Source: an uncultured bacterium (GTDB lineage Bacteria; Fidelibacterota; Marinisomatia; Marinisomatales; AB-629-J13). Taken from it: a stretch of DNA of 60,416 nt. The notes under the pieces are model-generated. The model had not been told where the DNA came from. It was given only the letters and a program-made list of their open reading frames with translations, and did no database searches. Shown here piece by piece: positions 1 to 10,180 of this stretch. The stretch covers positions 1 to 60,416 of the forward strand of contig CAZSIH010000001.1 in the NCBI GenBank assembly GCA_964606925.1. Direction: 5' to 3'. Every line of letters starts with the position of its first letter. Position 1 is the stretch's first letter. A program made the position numbers and the translations under genes.

Positions 1-1
1 T

Positions 2-304
2 GCAAAGTCAAACGGCATCTTAATTGCCAAAAATAATACCACGGTTGGTCTCGGTGCTGGACAGGTGCGTCGGGTTGATGCGGTCCATATGGCATTGCGA
101 AAGGGTGGTGAAAATGCAAAGGGCGGTGTGCTGGCTTCTGATGCGTTTTTCCCGTTTCGGGACAGTATTGACGCCATTAAAGATTCAAGGATTAAAGTTG
201 TGGTACAACCGGGCGGATCCATCCGAGACCAGGAAGTAATTGACGCTTGTAACGAATACGGCATCGCTATGATTTTCACTGGGATTCGATGTTTTAAGCA
301 TTAA
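2..304 (+). CDS. purH: Bifunctional AICAR transformylase/IMP cyclohydrolase PurH, C-terminal fragment (5' end lies outside the window)
   Basis: The frame is open from the window edge. The sequence ..[41 protein letters not shown] matches the conserved PurH C-terminus. Confidence 0.85.
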   Translation, partial: AKSNGILIAKNNTTVGLGAGQVRRVDAVHMALRKGGENAKGGVLASDAFFPFRDSIDAIKDSRIKVVVQPGGSIRDQEVIDACNEYGIAMIFTGIRCFKH

Positions 305-316
305 TGTTCAAATATA

Positions 317-1111
317 TTAATACCCTGGTATCTCATCAGTAATAATACCAGAAACTCCTTTTGCAGACAGCCAGTTCCATGACAGACTATTATTGATTGT
401 CCAACTGATTATTGGAATTTTTTTTCTTTTTGAATAAACGACTACTTTTTCGTTAATAAGGTCTCCTCTTGGGTGTAGAAAATCCGGATGAATTAAGTTA
501 GTTATTATTAATTGTCTTTGGTTTTTATACAGGAATCCCGTCATTATTTTTTTATCAAGAAATTTTATAAACAATAAAATAAATGGATTAAAGCTGGATA
601 CAATCACTGATTGGTAAAGCTTGTATGTATATATTAGTTTTATTATTTCCTTTGCGAATTTAAAGTCATTATATTGTTTTGATTTTACATCAATAATAAA
701 TGATATGCTTTTTCCAAATTTTTCGAAAACATCTTTTAAAATTGGTATACTGTTTTCTTTATTATTTTGACTTTTTATTGTTTTACACACAATCTTCAGA
801 ATATCTCTGGCATTGTTTTCATCTATAAAACCATGACCCCCTGTCTCTCTTTCTAAATCAATATTGTGGGAGCATACAATTTTCCTGTCAAAAGAAAAAC
901 AAACATCCAATTCAATCACTGTAAATCCTAAGTTTATTGCTTCTACAATTGCACCTAATGTGTTCTCGGGTGCAGTTTTATGTATTCCCCTGTGGGCAAT
1001 GAATAGAGGGGAATTGTTTTTAAAGAAATGTTTTACTGATATAGGTTTCCAAAAAAATAAATGTTTAATGAAAAATCCTGAAAAAGTTAATAATATAATT
1101 AGTCCTATCAT
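317..1111 (-). CDS. Glycerophosphodiester phosphodiesterase family protein with an N-terminal TM segment
   Basis: GDPD signature FIAHRGIHKTAPENTLGAIVEAINLGFTVIELDV..VCSHN. It overlaps the upstream acylase gene by 4 nt. Confidence 0.8.
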   Translation of the reverse strand: MIGLIILLTFSGFFIKHLFFWKPISVKHFFKNNSPLFIAHRGIHKTAPENTLGAIVEAINLGFTVIELDVCFSFDRKIVCSHNIDLERETGGHGFIDENNARDILKIVCKTIKSQNNKENSIPILKDVFEKFGKSISFIIDVKSKQYNDFKFAKEIIKLIYTYKLYQSVIVSSFNPFILLFIKFLDKKIMTGFLYKNQRQLIITNLIHPDFLHPRGDLINEKVVVYSKRKKIPIISWTINNSLSWNWLSAKGVSGIITDEIPGY

Positions 1112-3507
1112 TGCCCGGGCATTAATGTTAGTTTTTTGAATGATTTGTCTTCTCTGATCTTTTCCTCGTTAAAATGTGTCATTTTGTATTTCCCGTTATT
1201 ATACAAATCGGCCTGATCCTTATAGTGTGGGCTGTGGGGGTGGCCAGATTGTCCGGTTGGAATAATAAAATGTACTTTATCAAAGTCGCTAAAATCAACA
1301 ACTCTTCTCATGGATGCACCAGCTGTTTGTTTGTATGGATGTAAATAACTGAAACCTCCTGCTCTCACTGTTTTGTCAGAACCTTCAGACATAAAAGGTC
1401 CTACATTCAGTCTGAAGACCTTGTTTAACAGGGAAACCTCTCCTAAAATGTGGGGATGTGTAAGTGTGTGTGCTTTCCCCCACACCCAGTTTTGTCTAGC
1501 ATGTCCATACTTATTAATTACATCATTTATCCCTTCAATAATAGACCTTTTTACTATATCCTCCATTGTTTCTTCTGTTTTTGGTGTATCAATATTATCA
1601 AACCATGAAGAAGAACCTTCTAATAATAATGTTCTTAAGTTTCTTGTATAAAGATATTTCATTCCTAAAAATGCCTCTAAATAATCTTCTCCTAAAAGGG
1701 AAAGTTCGTCTCCATATATGTTAAAGGTAAGAGCTTTTATAATAGAATGAAAAAGGAGGGCTTCACCCGAATTCGCACTTTCTTTTATGTCCCATTTTTT
1801 CAGGTATTCTACTGCCGAATCTATTACTTCATCATCAAAATTAAAATTGTGTTGAAAAATATAGGGTAATATTTCTTCTGCAAAAGATGATAATAGGTCC
1901 AATTGAACTGTTTTCATATCCTGAACCGTTGCGTTATCCATGGGTTCTACTAATTTTATAATTCTTTCTGCACGACTAGGGTCTGCCCAAAGTCCGGAAA
2001 TGTAGTATGGAAATTCATCCTTGATCGTTTTATTGTTAGCTGTTACAATATAACCGCTTTCAGGATTAAAGATAAATGGCATTTCTTTAAATGGAACATA
2101 TCCGTACCAATCATAGTTTGGGTCTTGCCCGGGCCGGGGAATTAGGCTGTGTCCTTCTTTTCGTATAGGAACATACATTGCCGGTCTCCATCCAATGTTT
2201 CCCGATGTGTCTGCATAAATTATATTTTGCCCGGGAACGCCAAAGTTCTCTACCGCTTCTGTAAAGTCTTTCCAGTTTTTCATTGTGTTAAGTTTCATGA
2301 AGGCGTTCATTTCATGTGTTATTCTGTGTCCTGTCCATGACATTGAAACTACTCTGTTATCGTTTATTGGGAGGGGGTGAATATCACTGATTACAGGCCC
2401 GTGGTGGGTTATTCTTACGACAATAGTGGTGTCTTTTCCATTTTTCAGCGGAATTTTTTCGTGAACAATCTTCATTTTTCTCCATTCTTTTCCATGAAGA
2501 TATTGATCTGAGTTATCTGGGTGAATTGTCTCAATAAAAAAATCAACATCATCTACCATGCTGTTTGTAAATCCCCAAGCGCATGATTCATTGTTTCCTA
2601 TAACAGGAACAGGAATTCCTGCAATACACACACCGCTTGAATTGTATTTTCTTCCTTTCAGATGCATTTCATACCATCGGGTCGGCTGGGTGAATTCTAA
2701 ATGCGGGTCGTTGGCTAATAATGGTTTTCCCGTTAATGTCTTCTTTCCGGATAAAACCCAGCTGTTTGATCCAAAATGTGGAGAGCGGAATCCTAATAAA
2801 TCCCTGATTTTAAATTCCTGCGACAAAATTTTGTCAAATGCAGGTTTCATTCCTTGTGAGATGGTTGGTTCTGTAGGAAGATGTCCCGGATATATTTCTG
2901 CCAGTTTTTCAATTCCAAAATATTCAGCGATTGCCCCATACACAATTTCTGGTTTCCACGAAGACTGCATTTCATGTGCCATCATTCTTGCATATCCGGT
3001 TACATCAGAAGGTTTCCAGTGTGGTGGTTTAATCCTCAATATTTTAAATTCTAGCGGAAGGTCATCCATTGCTTCATCAATGTGTGTATTTATTCCCCTG
3101 CAAAATGCCTCTATAATCTTTTTTTCTTCCGGATACATGTTTTCTGCTAATTGTTTAGCGATTGCAGGAATTCTCCACGTTCTTAAATAAATGTCTGACG
3201 ATATGTATTCATCACCCAATGCTGAAGCAATCTCTCCCCGGACGGCGTACACTACCATGCTCATCTGGAAAAGCCTTTCTCTGGCTGCAATATACCCCGC
3301 TGAGAAAAACAAGTCTGTGTCATTATTTGCAAAAATATGCGGAACGCCAAACTCATCAGTATATACATGAACAGAATCCGTGAGTCCGTCAAGTACAATA
3401 GTACCCTCATAAAGAGGAAGTTTGGGATAAATATAAATTCTAAGGCAAATTATAAGTAAAAATAGTATGGCAGGTACTGACATAATGTATTTAAAATATT
3501 TTTTCAT
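1108..3507 (-). CDS. Penicillin acylase / acyl-homoserine-lactone acylase family Ntn hydrolase (secreted)
   Basis: 799 aa with an N-terminal signal/TM segment. The autoproteolytic nucleophile motif GSNSWVLSGKKTLTGKPLLANDPHL is typical of the penicillin amidase (S45) family. Confidence 0.85.
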   Translation of the reverse strand: MKKYFKYIMSVPAILFLLIICLRIYIYPKLPLYEGTIVLDGLTDSVHVYTDEFGVPHIFANNDTDLFFSAGYIAARERLFQMSMVVYAVRGEIASALGDEYISSDIYLRTWRIPAIAKQLAENMYPEEKKIIEAFCRGINTHIDEAMDDLPLEFKILRIKPPHWKPSDVTGYARMMAHEMQSSWKPEIVYGAIAEYFGIEKLAEIYPGHLPTEPTISQGMKPAFDKILSQEFKIRDLLGFRSPHFGSNSWVLSGKKTLTGKPLLANDPHLEFTQPTRWYEMHLKGRKYNSSGVCIAGIPVPVIGNNESCAWGFTNSMVDDVDFFIETIHPDNSDQYLHGKEWRKMKIVHEKIPLKNGKDTTIVVRITHHGPVISDIHPLPINDNRVVSMSWTGHRITHEMNAFMKLNTMKNWKDFTEAVENFGVPGQNIIYADTSGNIGWRPAMYVPIRKEGHSLIPRPGQDPNYDWYGYVPFKEMPFIFNPESGYIVTANNKTIKDEFPYYISGLWADPSRAERIIKLVEPMDNATVQDMKTVQLDLLSSFAEEILPYIFQHNFNFDDEVIDSAVEYLKKWDIKESANSGEALLFHSIIKALTFNIYGDELSLLGEDYLEAFLGMKYLYTRNLRTLLLEGSSSWFDNIDTPKTEETMEDIVKRSIIEGINDVINKYGHARQNWVWGKAHTLTHPHILGEVSLLNKVFRLNVGPFMSEGSDKTVRAGGFSYLHPYKQTAGASMRRVVDFSDFDKVHFIIPTGQSGHPHSPHYKDQADLYNNGKYKMTHFNEEKIREDKSFKKLTLMPGQ

Positions 3508-3594
3508 GGGTTTTCTTTCTCTGTTTATTAGGATAATCCTTTCGTAATTTTGCGCCTAAAATGTTTTCACATAAATATTTAGTTTTTCAACTTT

Positions 3595-4425
3595 ATGCCT
3601 GAACTCCCTGAAGTAGAAGCTGTTGTCCTATATTTACAGCCTTATATTAACGGTAAAACCATATCGAAATTATCGCATCATAATGAATACTCAAATGTTT
3701 TTTCTTCTCATTCACCCGAAGAAATTTCCCGTTTGGTTCAGGATCAAACAGTTCATAAAATATGGAGGGGGGGGAAATATATTGTTTTTACTCTGCAGTT
3801 TGGATATTTGTTCTTCCATCTTAGGATGACAGGACAACTGATTACATCCCCATATGGTGGTGATGACAATTATAAATACATTACAGCTGAATTGGTGTTT
3901 TCAGACCAATCCTTTCTTTGTTTGAAAGATTATCGCAAATTCGGTAGGATTGGATACAGCCATTCTATAAATTATATTAATCACTTGGTTGGGGTTGAGC
4001 CGCTGTCCAGCATGTTTTCCCTCCTGTTTTTTCAATCCTTTTTGAAAAAACGAAAAAGACAGATAAAACCCCTTCTTTTAGACCAGTCCTTTATTGCCGG
4101 ACTGGGAAATATTTACGTAGATGAGTCTCTTTGGTGTGCCTGTATTCACCCTTTAACCCTTTCAAACAAACTTAGCAGTAAAAAAATTAAGGCTCTTTAT
4201 CTTTCCATTCTTTCTGTTTTAAAAGCAGCAATTAAACTAAAGGGATCAACAATTATCAACTTTAAATATGGTGAGAATGGCAAGGGTGCGTTCACGAAGT
4301 TTTTAAAAGTCTACGGGAGAAAGGGGAAACCTTGTTTTCGTTGTAAAAGTAAAATTGAAAAAAAATTTATCGGACAAAGGGGGTCATACTTTTGCAATAA
4401 CTGCCAGAGAAATTCAAAAACATAG
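3595..4425 (+). CDS. mutM: Formamidopyrimidine-DNA glycosylase
   Basis: N-terminal MPELPEVE (catalytic Pro2/Glu3) and C-terminal zinc finger CFRCKSKI..CNNCQ. The 276-aa length fits. Confidence 0.9.
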   Translation: MPELPEVEAVVLYLQPYINGKTISKLSHHNEYSNVFSSHSPEEISRLVQDQTVHKIWRGGKYIVFTLQFGYLFFHLRMTGQLITSPYGGDDNYKYITAELVFSDQSFLCLKDYRKFGRIGYSHSINYINHLVGVEPLSSMFSLLFFQSFLKKRKRQIKPLLLDQSFIAGLGNIYVDESLWCACIHPLTLSNKLSSKKIKALYLSILSVLKAAIKLKGSTIINFKYGENGKGAFTKFLKVYGRKGKPCFRCKSKIEKKFIGQRGSYFCNNCQRNSKT

Positions 4426-4490
4426 AATAGCAATATAATGCCGTTTTATAATGGGTGTCTGTGATGAAAATCACCAATGTTTACCGAAAA

Positions 4491-4940
4491 TCAATGTTTT
4501 ATTATAAATTGAAGCTGGAATATTCCTTCATCAGGTAAGACTGGTACCCGTTTTTCAAATTCAAGTTTTATTTCCCCGCCAGGGGATTCAAACAGCTTAA
4601 TCCCTTTTCCAAAAATCAATGGATGCGGGGTTACATATAAGTGGGTGAGATGGTTTGCAAACCTTGAAAACGTTTTTCCACCGCCAATAATAAAACATTT
4701 TTCACCCGATATTTTATTCAGAATCTCTTTTGGGTCGTCCTCTCTGTGCACAACTATTGAGTGTCTATTGTCCAACTCAATTGCCAGTGTTTTGCTTGTA
4801 TTTGAACCCATAATTACTGAATGGTTCAGTGTCTGTTTTTTAAAAAGTGCAAGGTCCTTAGACCAGCTTATCTTTTCAAGGCTGTGGTGGGCAATAAAGC
4901 CGTCCATGGTTATGGCAGCAATACCAATAACTTTCATCAA
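4491..4940 (-). CDS. folA: Dihydrofolate reductase-like protein
   Basis: 149 aa. DLALFKKQTLNHSVIMGSNT and FIIGGGKTFSRF..LYVT align with the E. coli FolA segments [20 protein letters not shown] and MVIGGGRVYEQF..LYLT. Confidence 0.55.
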   Translation of the reverse strand: MMKVIGIAAITMDGFIAHHSLEKISWSKDLALFKKQTLNHSVIMGSNTSKTLAIELDNRHSIVVHREDDPKEILNKISGEKCFIIGGGKTFSRFANHLTHLYVTPHPLIFGKGIKLFESPGGEIKLEFEKRVPVLPDEGIFQLQFIIKH

Positions 4941-4948
4941 TGGAACCG

Positions 4949-7504
4949 TCAGTGCTGGTCTAAGGCAAAACTAATCTTGTGGTGTAAAAATTCCCTGTGT
5001 TGTTTTGTTCCGGGATCTCTTCCTGATCCTTTAGACATCATTTTGCTTATTATTTTCAATTGTGAAAATGCTGTTGCTTGGGAAATATAATCATAGTTTG
5101 AGCCCTTCTCTTTTCCTTCTCCCACAATACCAATAAGGCGGTTCACATACTCCGTTTGTATGTTTCTTCGAATTGAGTTTATGTTTCCTCTTATATCTGC
5201 TTTGAAAACAGCATCTGTTAAATCATCAAAAACTTCTTCTATCTTATATTCGTTTCCATACATTTGTGTGTCAATAATCCTTTGCAGGACACGGGGGTGA
5301 AGTAAGTGACTTAAAACTGACTTGTGGGTGTACAATATCTGTGTGTGTAGCTTTGGGTCTTCTGTTGATTTATAAAAATCAAATCCTCTTCTTTGAAATT
5401 GTAAATAATTTGCAAGTGAGTCCGGTACAAGCATTGCTTCGGGGGAAAAAACATGTTTTGCAAGGGTGGTCATTGCTTTTTTTTGAACCTCATAAGAAAC
5501 TGGATTTAGCGGAATACCAGCCTCCTGTTGCCCAACCATCGATCTATCAACATATATCCCGCCAATGAATCTCGAAATTGTTGATGCGGATGAGCTTTTT
5601 TCTCTCGTCAGGATGTTAAATGCATCCCTCAGGGCATGATACGAACTTCCCTTATCCGTGTATTTTTTACGCAAACCCATCATCAGCTTGTCCATCAATT
5701 CAATTCTTTTTATGGCATAGTCTATAGGCTCATTGGTCATGTCTCCTATCATAATCCGAGGATCAACTCCCTTTCCGGGTGACCGCATATCATCAGCGTC
5801 ATTTCCAAACATAAGGTCCGGATCCGTGGACATGGATAAAATCTCGTTTAGTAGTTTTTTTTCGTCTTCCAGATTTGAAGCTGGAGGGGTATATCCAAAT
5901 TGAACTGCCCAATCATCGTATGGTCCGGGGACAGTGGAATAATATTGACCCTGTCTTTCTGGGTCTAATGAAAGATTTACCGGAACATAATCCATTACCG
6001 AACCTGTGAGACCCACAGCCATTGTAAGCGCTTCGTTGTGTGATTCCTCCATGTCATGCAAATGACTGGATTTAAAATTATGGTTCAACCCTAATGTGTG
6101 CCCGACCTCATGTAAAACAAGACGAATGATAGCTTCGTTTACCAATTTTCTTTTTGCAGTGTCAGCCGCCGGTCGGATTTTTGTAGAAATAAAACCAAGA
6201 AGGTTTTCTTGGTGAATATATTCTCCTATTTGACAATAGAAAGTCTCATCTTTATGTTTTTCTGGATCATAAAGACGGTCATATTTGACTCTGTTTGTGA
6301 AATAAACATATTCCAGCATGATATCTGCTCCTAAAATTTGTCCGGTTTTGGGGTTTACAAAACTAGGGCCGTATCCCCCAAAAGGAGGTGTTGGAGAGGA
6401 TGTCCATCTTAATACATTATACCGTATATCTCCCGCATCCCATTTTGCATCGTCCGGCTGTATTTTAACCTGTATGGCATTTTTAAACCCAGCTTTGTTA
6501 AATGATTTGTTCCATGATAAAACCCCCTCAGAAACTGCGTCCCTGAATTCGTACGGTGTTGTATTTTCAAGCCAAAACACTATGGGGGTTTCCGGTTCTG
6601 AAATAGCTTTTTCAGGGTATTTCTTTTTAAGATTCCATTTATGTATTAAATCTCTGTAAGGGGTGTGGCTGGTTGAGGTCATGTCCGTAACTCTGGTAGT
6701 GAAATACCCGATTCGATGATCGTCAATTCGTGGTTTATAATCATTTTTTGGTACTTCCATCAAGCTGTGTTGAATTACGAGACTTATAGATCGGGCATCC
6801 GTTATTCCGGATCTACCACGATTTTTTGGTGTGGGGTTGTCATAGGAGTATTGAACGACAACTTCAGAGTTTTTGGGGTAGTTACGAATGCTCACATATT
6901 TACTCTTTTCCTTGCTTAGCTTACCTATAGAAAATCGTTTGCTTTTTGGATTGGAATAATATTTAATCTGTAATAGTTTTTCAGTTAGAAACAAATCATC
7001 CCCTTTTATTAGAAATCTTTTTTTCATTGTGTCAACCGCAGCGATTTTATTGGAGGACATGATAGATTTACTGATATTTGCCCCGGATGCTTTGTAGAGT
7101 GGGTTTTTGGGATCAAAATAAAATGAATAATTCTCTGAGACAAACTCTATACGATTAAAATATTTCCTAATAGAAAATATTTTACTGGAACGGTATGAGC
7201 CTCTATTAAAACCCACATCTACAATTCCATCATGGGCATGACCAAAATAAATATATTCCCCGTCAATCTGGTCTTGGTGTATTTCCATATAAACCGAACC
7301 GTCTGCAGTATCCTGATAAAAAGTGAAGAGTCCTGAAAATTTATCCATTTTCTCTGTTTTCTTTTCCAGGCTGATCTTTTTTTTCTTCGTTTTAGTTGAA
7401 TCTTTTTCTGCTGTTCCATTTAACTTTTCTTTTTCTGTTGTTTCTTGGGCTATAGAAAATGCGAACATTAAAACCATTGATAAATAAAACATCTGTTTTT
7501 TCAT
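4949..7504 (-). CDS. Secreted zinc-dependent metalloprotease (Met-zincin type)
   Basis: Signal peptide MKKQMFYLSMVLMFAFSIAQ. Zincin motif HEVGHTLGLNHNF is followed by GSVMDY. 851 aa. Confidence 0.75.
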   Translation of the reverse strand: MKKQMFYLSMVLMFAFSIAQETTEKEKLNGTAEKDSTKTKKKKISLEKKTEKMDKFSGLFTFYQDTADGSVYMEIHQDQIDGEYIYFGHAHDGIVDVGFNRGSYRSSKIFSIRKYFNRIEFVSENYSFYFDPKNPLYKASGANISKSIMSSNKIAAVDTMKKRFLIKGDDLFLTEKLLQIKYYSNPKSKRFSIGKLSKEKSKYVSIRNYPKNSEVVVQYSYDNPTPKNRGRSGITDARSISLVIQHSLMEVPKNDYKPRIDDHRIGYFTTRVTDMTSTSHTPYRDLIHKWNLKKKYPEKAISEPETPIVFWLENTTPYEFRDAVSEGVLSWNKSFNKAGFKNAIQVKIQPDDAKWDAGDIRYNVLRWTSSPTPPFGGYGPSFVNPKTGQILGADIMLEYVYFTNRVKYDRLYDPEKHKDETFYCQIGEYIHQENLLGFISTKIRPAADTAKRKLVNEAIIRLVLHEVGHTLGLNHNFKSSHLHDMEESHNEALTMAVGLTGSVMDYVPVNLSLDPERQGQYYSTVPGPYDDWAVQFGYTPPASNLEDEKKLLNEILSMSTDPDLMFGNDADDMRSPGKGVDPRIMIGDMTNEPIDYAIKRIELMDKLMMGLRKKYTDKGSSYHALRDAFNILTREKSSSASTISRFIGGIYVDRSMVGQQEAGIPLNPVSYEVQKKAMTTLAKHVFSPEAMLVPDSLANYLQFQRRGFDFYKSTEDPKLHTQILYTHKSVLSHLLHPRVLQRIIDTQMYGNEYKIEEVFDDLTDAVFKADIRGNINSIRRNIQTEYVNRLIGIVGEGKEKGSNYDYISQATAFSQLKIISKMMSKGSGRDPGTKQHREFLHHKISFALDQH

Positions 7505-7508
7505 ATTT

Positions 7509-8936
7509 TTACTCGTTTCGTTTTCTTTTTGGAATGAATATATCGGTTACTGTTTCTAAAAACACCTCTGCTGCATTTGACATTGTTTCTGAGAGTGTGG
7601 GGTGGGGGTGTATTGTTTGTCCCAAGTCATCTGCGTCTGCTCCCATTTCTATTGCCAATACTGCCTCTGAAATTAAATCACCTGCTCCGGGACCTACGAT
7701 TCCTGCGCCAAGTACCTGCTTAGTTTTGGGGTTAAATAAAATTTTTGTTTTCCCTTCTCTGAAACCTAAAACCGCTGCCTTTCCGCTAGCTGCCCATGGA
7801 AACTCTCCCTTATTATAAGCAATTGATTTCTCTTGGGCCTCGGTTTCGGTGAGTCCCACCCATGCAATTTCCGGGTTGGTAAACACCACTGCCGGAATCG
7901 CCCTGGCATCAAACTGTGATGGCAGTCCTGCAGTGTGCTCCGCCGCAACAACGCCTTCATAGGCAGCCTTATGTGCAAGCATTGGTTCTCCGGCTGTATC
8001 ACCGATAGCATAAATCGTTTTTGTTGATGTTTGTTGAAATTTGTTTACTTCTAAAAACCCTTGTGCGCTTTTTTTAATGCCGGCGTTTTTTAATCCTAAT
8101 GTATCAGTGTTGGGTTTCCTGCCTACAGAAACCAGAACACCATCATAGGTTTCTGAAAACTCTCCTCCATTATTTTTCATTTTTACTTGGATTCCTGCGT
8201 CCGTTTCTTCGCCTGATATAAGTTCCGTTTCCAAGTAAATGTTTTCAAATTGTTTGTTCAACTTTCTTTGTAGTGGTTTCACCATGTCTTGGTCTACTCC
8301 CACAAGAAGGTTTGGAAGCATTTCCACAACGGAAACTCTGGAGCCCAGAGAGTTGTAAACCGAGCCCATTTCCAGGCCAATGTATCCTCCTCCAACAACT
8401 AAAAGTTTTTCCGGGATCGATTTAAGTTCCAACGCCTGTTTTGAACCCATTATTCTACAGGAATTATTTGGTAAAACCGGAATATTTACCGAAACAGACC
8501 CTGTGGCAATTATTGCATCATTAAAAGACAGCTTAAAGATTTTATCTTCTGTTTTAATCTCCAGTTCTTTTTCTGAAAAAAACCGGGCGTGTCCGGTTAG
8601 GGTTTTAACTTTTCTTGATTTTGCTAATTGAGAAATTCCATCGCTTAGTCCGGAAACCATTGAATCTTTCCATTTAAGAATTTCTTTTAATTTTATTTCA
8701 GGTTCCCCAAAATACACACCTTTCTTTTGTGCTTCTTTAACATCATCAATTGTTTTTGATAAATGCAGAAGTGCTTTTGAGGGAATGCATCCTCTGTTTA
8801 GACAAACGCCACCTAATGATTTGTCCTTGTCAATTAAAATTACTTTTTTTCCAAGGTCTGCCGCCCTGAATGCTGCAGTGTAGCCGCCGGGTCCTGCACC
8901 GATTACAACAACATCTGTCTGGAGTGTTTCAGTCAT
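7509..8936 (-). CDS. lpdA: Dihydrolipoyl dehydrogenase (E3)
   Basis: FAD motif VVVIGAGPGGY and redox disulfide GGVCLNRGCIPSK. C-terminal HPHPTLSE dimer-interface motif. Overlaps the E2 gene by 4 nt. Confidence 0.92.
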   Translation of the reverse strand: MTETLQTDVVVIGAGPGGYTAAFRAADLGKKVILIDKDKSLGGVCLNRGCIPSKALLHLSKTIDDVKEAQKKGVYFGEPEIKLKEILKWKDSMVSGLSDGISQLAKSRKVKTLTGHARFFSEKELEIKTEDKIFKLSFNDAIIATGSVSVNIPVLPNNSCRIMGSKQALELKSIPEKLLVVGGGYIGLEMGSVYNSLGSRVSVVEMLPNLLVGVDQDMVKPLQRKLNKQFENIYLETELISGEETDAGIQVKMKNNGGEFSETYDGVLVSVGRKPNTDTLGLKNAGIKKSAQGFLEVNKFQQTSTKTIYAIGDTAGEPMLAHKAAYEGVVAAEHTAGLPSQFDARAIPAVVFTNPEIAWVGLTETEAQEKSIAYNKGEFPWAASGKAAVLGFREGKTKILFNPKTKQVLGAGIVGPGAGDLISEAVLAIEMGADADDLGQTIHPHPTLSETMSNAAEVFLETVTDIFIPKRKRNE

Positions 8937-10180
8937 TGTGATAAATCAAAACAAGAAATTTCTGCCAGAATATTACCAAGATGTTGTGTAAAAAGAACTG
9001 CCTCTTCCCCATCAATTACCCTGTGATCGTAGGTAAGTGAAATGGGTAGAATATATCGGGGATTAAAATCGTTCTCTAATTTAACAAACACAGGTTCCCA
9101 TTGTGCTCTCGATACACCCAAAATAGCAACCTGTGGAGGATTTACTATCGGGGAAAAATATGTTCCTCCGACACCCCCTAAGCTTGACAGCGTGAATGTC
9201 CCGCCTTGGAACTCGTCTGGTTTTAGTTTTTTCTGTCTTGCTCTTTCGCTTACGTCTCTCAATTCTTCGGAAAGTGATACAATGTCTTTTTTTTCCGCAT
9301 CTTTAACGACGGGCACAACAAGACCTCCGGGGGTATTTATTGCAATGCTTATATGATAATAATTTTTATGAATAAGTGTGGATTTATCTAAAGACAAAGA
9401 GCTGTTAAAATTAGGAAACTTCTTTAAGGTTTGGACAGATGCTTTGATTAAAAACGGAAGAAATGTTATTTTCTTGCTCTCAATGTTCTCATTTATCTTC
9501 TGTCTGTATTTATCTAACGCAGTGATGTCTACTTTATCGAACTGAGTAACCTGTGGAATTGTCTGCCAAGCGGTTTCCATTCGCTTTCCTGTTATTTTAT
9601 TAATCTTAGACAGTGGTTTGTGTTCAACTGAACCCCATTTCGAAAAATCGATTTCTTCTTTGATTGGGAGGGGGGTTGTGGTCATCCGTCTTTTTATTTC
9701 ATCTATTAAGTCTTCTCTTGTTATTCTTCCTTTTTTGCCTGTCCCGTTAATGTTAGAAAGGTTTATGTTGAGTTCTCTGGCAAGCTTTCTGACGCTGGGG
9801 CTGGTCCTGAAATTGTCTTTTTGTGGTTGTTGAGCAGAAACAACAGTGTTGGGTTCTGTTTGATTAACATTCTTCCCTGTGGTTGGTGTTTTTGTTTTCT
9901 GTACAGTTTTACCTGAAGGTTCATCCTGTGATTTTTGATCTACAATTACCGATATTATTTTGTCGCCAGCAATTATTGGGGTACCCTGATTCACATACAC
10001 CTCTTTAATGATTCCGCCGACGTCCGTAGGAATTTCCATGGATGCCTTTTCAGATTCAAGCACTACAATGGGATCGTCCTTCTTTATTGTATCTCCAGTT
10101 GACACCAAAACTTCGCTCACATCTGCTGCATCTACACCTTCTCCAAGGTGGGGAAGGGTCATAATAAATAAATTGCTCAT
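8933..10180 (-). CDS. aceF: Dihydrolipoamide acetyltransferase (E2) of the pyruvate dehydrogenase complex
   Basis: Single lipoyl domain with LESEKASMEIP, peripheral-subunit-binding domain SPSVRKLAREL and catalytic DHRVIDG. Confidence 0.88.
   Translation of the reverse strand: MSNLFIMTLPHLGEGVDAADVSEVLVSTGDTIKKDDPIVVLESEKASMEIPTDVGGIIKEVYVNQGTPIIAGDKIISVIVDQKSQDEPSGKTVQKTKTPTTGKNVNQTEPNTVVSAQQPQKDNFRTSPSVRKLARELNINLSNINGTGKKGRITREDLIDEIKRRMTTTPLPIKEEIDFSKWGSVEHKPLSKINKITGKRMETAWQTIPQVTQFDKVDITALDKYRQKINENIESKKITFLPFLIKASVQTLKKFPNFNSSLSLDKSTLIHKNYYHISIAINTPGGLVVPVVKDAEKKDIVSLSEELRDVSERARQKKLKPDEFQGGTFTLSSLGGVGGTYFSPIVNPPQVAILGVSRAQWEPVFVKLENDFNPRYILPISLTYDHRVIDGEEAVLFTQHLGNILAEISCFDLSQ

Noticed and set aside
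2558-3190. 210-aa plus-strand ORF antisense to the acylase gene. Similar antisense ORFs occur at 30193-30642 (in mnmE) and 4645-4974 (in folA).
   Set aside because: These are fully nested in well-supported genes on the other strand. They have no motifs, no Shine-Dalgarno or promoter context, and their composition looks like an antisense artefact.
1108-3507. Penicillin acylase as a beta-lactam resistance determinant
   Set aside because: Family membership alone does not imply resistance. There is no beta-lactamase, PBP or mobile-element context.
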